Of a stretch of 64,000 nt of DNA, positions 59,963-64,000 are shown in pieces; positions within the stretch are counted from its first letter, which is position 1; each line of letters starts with the position of its first letter. Both the position numbers and the translations under genes were made by a program. The notes under the pieces are model-generated. The model had not been told where the DNA came from. It worked only from the letters and a program-made list of their open reading frames with translations, and did not search any database. The stretch is from an uncultured delta proteobacterium (GTDB lineage Bacteria; Myxococcota_A; Polyangia; Polyangiales; JAFGIB01). Location: NCBI GenBank assembly GCA_963778655.1, contig CAVZVA010000010.1, forward strand, positions 1,632,001 through 1,696,000, written 5' to 3'.

Positions 59963-60886
59963 ATGAGCGCACTGTTCTCGAGCTTGCCCGACAGCGTCTC
60001 GGTGTACGAGGTGGGGCCGCGCGACGGGCTGCAAAACGAGTCGGCGGCGGTGGCCACCGTGAACAAGCTGCGGCTGATCGAGGCGCTCGAGGGGGCTGGC
60101 CTGCGGCGTATCGAGATCACCAGCTTCGTGTCGCCGCGCTGGATCCCGCAGCTGGCCGACGCCGACGACCTCGCGCGCACGGTGGTGGCGCCGCCGGACG
60201 TGGTCTACAGCGCGCTGTGTCCGAACGAGAGGGGCCTGCTGCGCGCACAGGCCGCAGGCCTGCCCGAGATCGCGGTATTTCTGAGCGCGAGCGAGACGCA
60301 CAACCGGCGCAACATAGCCAAATCGGTCGCGCAGACACTGGAGGTGTTCAAGGGCTTCGTGCCCGACGCGATTGCCCAGGGCATGCGCGTGCGCGGTTAC
60401 GTGTCCACGACCTGGGGCTGCCCGTACGAAGGCGCGGTCGATCCGAACAAGGCGCTCGCGCTGGCCAAGGCGCTGCTCGAGCTGGGCTGCTATCAGGTAT
60501 CTCTCGGCGACACCATCGGCGTCGGCACGCCGCTGCAGACCAAACGCATCCTGGAGCGTTTCCTGAGCGAGCTGCCCGCGGATAAGCTGGCGATGCACAT
60601 GCACGACACGCGCGGTCAGGCGCTGGCCAACGTGCTGGTGGGGCTGGAGCTGGGGGTGCGCACCTTCGACGCGGCGATCGGCGGGCTCGGCGGCTGCCCC
60701 TATGCGCCGGGGGCCTCCGGCAACCTGGCGACCGAAGACCTGGTCTACATGCTCGACGGCATGGGCGTGCACACTGGCGTGGACCTGCACAAGCTGTGGC
60801 AAGCAGGGCGGCTGGCCGAGGCGCTGGTGCATCGGCCGCTGCCGGGTCGCGTGCACCGCGCCGGTCTGACTGCGCTCAAGACCTGA
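59963..60886 (+). CDS. hmgL: Hydroxymethylglutaryl-CoA lyase
   Basis: EVGPRDGLQNE, SLGDTIG, HMHDT, GLGGCPYAPGASGNLATED. Confidence 0.93.
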   Translation: MSALFSSLPDSVSVYEVGPRDGLQNESAAVATVNKLRLIEALEGAGLRRIEITSFVSPRWIPQLADADDLARTVVAPPDVVYSALCPNERGLLRAQAAGLPEIAVFLSASETHNRRNIAKSVAQTLEVFKGFVPDAIAQGMRVRGYVSTTWGCPYEGAVDPNKALALAKALLELGCYQVSLGDTIGVGTPLQTKRILERFLSELPADKLAMHMHDTRGQALANVLVGLELGVRTFDAAIGGLGGCPYAPGASGNLATEDLVYMLDGMGVHTGVDLHKLWQAGRLAEALVHRPLPGRVHRAGLTALKT

Positions 60887-60997
60887 GCGCGATGCTGGCT
60901 TGCGAGCGCACGCTCGTGCTCGACGCGCGCGCGCGCCGGCGGGTGGGAGCGCGGCTGTGGGGCTGGTTTCGAGGTAGGCTCGGCGCGGGAGATTTTC

Positions 60998-62452
60998 ATG
61001 GCGCGTCATGAGCTGGCGGCGGTGGGGCTCGCGTTGTTGGTGGGCTGCGCAGGTGGAGCGAAGAAGGCGACTGGCGACCAGGGCGGGGGCGGCGCGCAAG
61101 CCGGAGGCGCGGCGGCCGCGGGCGCTGGTGCGCCCGCGGGCGCGGGCGGGAGCAGCGGCGGCGCAACCGGCGTGACCGGCAAGGGTGGCGGCATGGGCGG
61201 CAGCGGCGGCGCCGGTGGCGTCGCCGCGGGCAGCGGCGGCGGCACGAGCAGCGGCGGCATGAGCGGCAGCGGGGGCGCCGCGGGGGGCGGCGGCGGCGGT
61301 GCAGGCGGCGGCGGCACGGCGGGCGGCGGCGGCACGGCCGGCAGCGGCGGCGCCGCGACCGGCCAGTGGGTGCTCGGGTACTACGTCGGCTACCAGACGA
61401 AGCTGCATCCGATCGCCCAGATCGACTGGAGCGCGTGGACGCACGTCGCCTTCGCGCCGCTGCTGGTCAAGGCCGACCACACCCTCGATTTCAACTTCGA
61501 CGACGACAACGGCGCGGGCGAGGCCGACGCCAAGGCGCTCTCCGCAGCTGCGCACGCGCACGGGGTCAAGGCGCTGCTGATGCTCGGCGGCTCGGGCGCG
61601 GGCGGCAACATCGCGGCGGCGGCGAGCCCGGCGAATCTCTCGGCCTTCGTGACCACCTTGCTCGACGGGCTCGATACGCTGGGCTACGACGGCATCGATC
61701 TCGACTGGGAGGACAGCGTCAACCTCGACGACCTGGTGGCGTTGGCGCAGGCGCTGCGCGCGGCCCGGCCGGAGATCGTGCTGTCGTATCCGGGCGGCGC
61801 GATCAACGCCAACATCAGCGCCAGCGTGGATGCGCGTCTGGTCACGCTGGCCGAGTCGCTCGATCGCTTCAACGTGCAGAGCTACTACCCGAGCACGGCC
61901 TATGCCGGCAGCGGCTGGAGCTCGTGGTTCAGCAGCCCGTTGAGCGGGGCCGCGGGCGGCACGCCGGTCGCGATCGACGACACGCTGCAGCGCCTGGCGC
62001 AGGCCGGGATTCCCAAGAGCAAGCTGGGCATGGGCATCGCCTTCTACGCCATCTGCTACACCGGCGGCATCACCGGACCGCGGCAGCCGACCGACGGCAG
62101 CAGCCAGCGCATCGTTGGCGGCGACAACGCGTATCCGCTGAGCAAGCTGTTCGCGGCCGGCGGTACCTTCGATGGCAGCAGCGCCGGCGAGCGCAAAGTC
62201 GACGACGTGGCCAAGGTGCCGTACCTGTCGCTCAGCTCGGCGGTCAACGACTCGGGCTGCGGCGAGAGCACCCAGTACATCACGTACGATGACGAGACCT
62301 CGATCCTGGCCAAGGGCGCGTTCTCCAAGAGCAACGGCTACGGCGGCATCATCGTGTGGACGATCCAGCAGGGCTGGCTGTCCTCCGGCGCCGCCGGCGG
62401 CCGCGCCCAGAACGCGCTGATGCAAGCGCTCAAGCAGGGCTTCCTCGAGTAG
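60998..62452 (+). CDS. GH18 chitinase-like lipoprotein with Gly-rich tether
   Basis: Lipobox LVGC, long Gly linker, YDGIDLDWE (DxDxE), QSY, GIAFY, ITYDD, GGIIVW. Confidence 0.9.
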   Translation: MARHELAAVGLALLVGCAGGAKKATGDQGGGGAQAGGAAAAGAGAPAGAGGSSGGATGVTGKGGGMGGSGGAGGVAAGSGGGTSSGGMSGSGGAAGGGGGGAGGGGTAGGGGTAGSGGAATGQWVLGYYVGYQTKLHPIAQIDWSAWTHVAFAPLLVKADHTLDFNFDDDNGAGEADAKALSAAAHAHGVKALLMLGGSGAGGNIAAAASPANLSAFVTTLLDGLDTLGYDGIDLDWEDSVNLDDLVALAQALRAARPEIVLSYPGGAINANISASVDARLVTLAESLDRFNVQSYYPSTAYAGSGWSSWFSSPLSGAAGGTPVAIDDTLQRLAQAGIPKSKLGMGIAFYAICYTGGITGPRQPTDGSSQRIVGGDNAYPLSKLFAAGGTFDGSSAGERKVDDVAKVPYLSLSSAVNDSGCGESTQYITYDDETSILAKGAFSKSNGYGGIIVWTIQQGWLSSGAAGGRAQNALMQALKQGFLE

Positions 62453-62611
62453 GGGCCGTTTCTGACCCTGGCGGAGCCGAGCCCGCTTGCGCTTGGCGTG
62501 GCTCCACGCCCCCGCGCAGGTCCCCGAACCGGCAAGCCGCCGGCGTGCGCCAGACCGGCAAAGCGACCGCACCGGCTCGGCTCGGTGCGCCCCTCCGGGT
62601 AATCGACCGAC

Positions 62612-63571
62612 CTACCGCTCGCCCAGCTTGATCGTGGCGCTCACCAAGTGGTGCACGATTTCTGGCTCGAACGCCGAGTGGCCCGCGGTGGCGGCGATGC
62701 GCAGCTCGGCCTCGGGCCAAGCCCGGTGCAGGGCCCACGCGGTCTCGATCGGGCACACCATGTCGTAGCGTCCCTGCACGACCACGGTCGGAATGCGGCG
62801 GATGCGATCCACGCCGCGCAACAGTTGATCCTCGCGCTCGAAGAAGCCGCGGTTGACGAAGTAGTGGCACTCGATGCGGGCGAAGGCCAGGGCGAACTCG
62901 TCGCGGCCCATCGAGCTCTGCATCGCGGGATTGGGCCGCATGGTGCTGGTGGCCGCCTCCCACAGGCTCCAGGCCTTGGCTGCCCGCAGTCGCTCGGCCG
63001 GGTCTGCGCCGGTCAGGCGCCTGTGATAGGCATGCAGCAAATCGGCGCGCTCGTGCTCCGGAATCGGCGCGAGGTAGCTCTCCCACGCGTCCGGGAAGAT
63101 GCGGCTGGCGCCTTCCTGATAGAACCAGTCGATCTCGCGCCTGCGCAGCAGAAAGATCCCCCGCAGCACCAGCTCGGTCACCGCCTCCGGGTGGGCCTGC
63201 GCGTAGGCCAGGGCCAGCGTGCTGCCCCACGAGCCGCCGAACACCTGCCAGCGCGTGATGCGTAGATGCTGGCGCAGCTTCTCCATGTCGGCCACCAGGT
63301 GCCAGGTGGTGTTGGCTTCCAGCGACGCGTGCGGGGTGCTCTTGCCGCAGCCGCGCTGATCGAACAGCACCACCCGATACACGGCGGGGTCCCAGAAGCG
63401 GCTCTGGATGCGGCTGCTGCCGCCGCCCGGACCGCCATGCACGAACAGCGCGGGCTTGCCGGCGGGGTTGCCGTACTGCTCGTAGTAGATCTCGTGGGGC
63501 GGGTCGACGGCGAGCCGTCCGCTGTCGAAGGGCTCGAGCTCCGGGAACAGCGTGTGCGGCGTGTCGTCCAT
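62612..63571 (-). CDS. pip: Proline iminopeptidase
   Basis: HGGPGGG, FDQRGCGKS, VFGGSWGSTL, QGRYDMVCP, AGHSAFEP. Confidence 0.95.
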   Translation of the reverse strand: MDDTPHTLFPELEPFDSGRLAVDPPHEIYYEQYGNPAGKPALFVHGGPGGGSSRIQSRFWDPAVYRVVLFDQRGCGKSTPHASLEANTTWHLVADMEKLRQHLRITRWQVFGGSWGSTLALAYAQAHPEAVTELVLRGIFLLRRREIDWFYQEGASRIFPDAWESYLAPIPEHERADLLHAYHRRLTGADPAERLRAAKAWSLWEAATSTMRPNPAMQSSMGRDEFALAFARIECHYFVNRGFFEREDQLLRGVDRIRRIPTVVVQGRYDMVCPIETAWALHRAWPEAELRIAATAGHSAFEPEIVHHLVSATIKLGER

Positions 63572-63610
63572 GAGGAAGGTCAGCTTAGCGCATGGCGGCC
63601 CGCGCGCGCG

Positions 63611-64000
63611 CTACAATCCTTCCAGGGCGTACAGCACCGCGTCCGAATCGCGGTGCAGGAACAGCCCGCCGCCGCAGGCGCGGAAGGCGCCGCGCAGGTG
63701 CCGCCTGTAAAAGGCGGCGCTGCGCAGGTGGACGCGGCCGTCGCTGGCGCGGCGGTCGCAGGCGTCGCGCCAGTCCTCCGCGGTGAGGGCCTCGAGGTAG
63801 AGCGCCCCGCGGCAGATCCGGCTCAGGTTGTCGAGCGCCGCGCGCGCCTGCCCGGCGTCCAGGTACTGCAGCACGCCCTGGCAGATCACCAGATCGAAGC
63901 GACCCCGCGGCCGATAGTCCACCACCGAGGCCTGCGTCCAACCCAGCTCCCGGCACAGGTAGTCGCTGACCTCAATGCCGGTGTAGCGCGCGTGCGGATA
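63611..64000 (-). CDS. Class I SAM-dependent methyltransferase, 3' part only
   Basis: Frame open to the window edge: YTGIEVSDYLC...FDLVICQGVLQYL. Confidence 0.75.
   Translation of the reverse strand, partial: YPHARYTGIEVSDYLCRELGWTQASVVDYRPRGRFDLVICQGVLQYLDAGQARAALDNLSRICRGALYLEALTAEDWRDACDRRASDGRVHLRSAAFYRRHLRGAFRACGGGLFLHRDSDAVLYALEGL

Overview
This is a very GC-rich bacterial chromosomal window. It is probably myxobacterial (Polyangiales-like). That is an inference from the Gly-rich-tethered and Cys-rich lipoproteins, the myxobacterial-type PilZ protein and the DUF3857/transglutaminase pair. I can support about 53 CDS and found no tRNA, rRNA, CRISPR array or transposase. Main blocks: (1) hydrolase lipoprotein, AraC regulator, multiply frameshifted aldehyde:ferredoxin oxidoreductase and MoaD/ThiS; (2) a minus-strand run of TonB-dependent receptor, PKD/Cys-rich lipoprotein, TonB, ExbB (no ExbD) and two giant TPR/DUF3857/transglutaminase proteins, one with an intact and one with a dead catalytic site; (3) envelope genes (two DUF481 barrels, OmpA-like, GT-C-like membrane proteins, SLT, LysM-MepA, parvulin); (4) dispersed sulfur assimilation genes (cysE, cysD, cysN with a degenerate kinase domain, SulP, and a CxxC-domain-fused APS reductase). 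The most notable signals are non-coding. A near-consensus sigma70 promoter (TTGACC-17-TATAGT) points into a gene-free 158-nt rod-like hairpin, a candidate ncRNA. A 24-bp-arm palindromic element occurs four times, once translated in frame inside a membrane-protein gene. A 108-bp REP-like unit forms a 4-copy tandem array with a diverged solo copy elsewhere, and there is a 167-bp MITE-like element. A methyltransferase resembles fungal sphingolipid C9-methyltransferases. Several frameshifts may be sequencing errors. All assignments come from motif recognition by eye; no database search was run.
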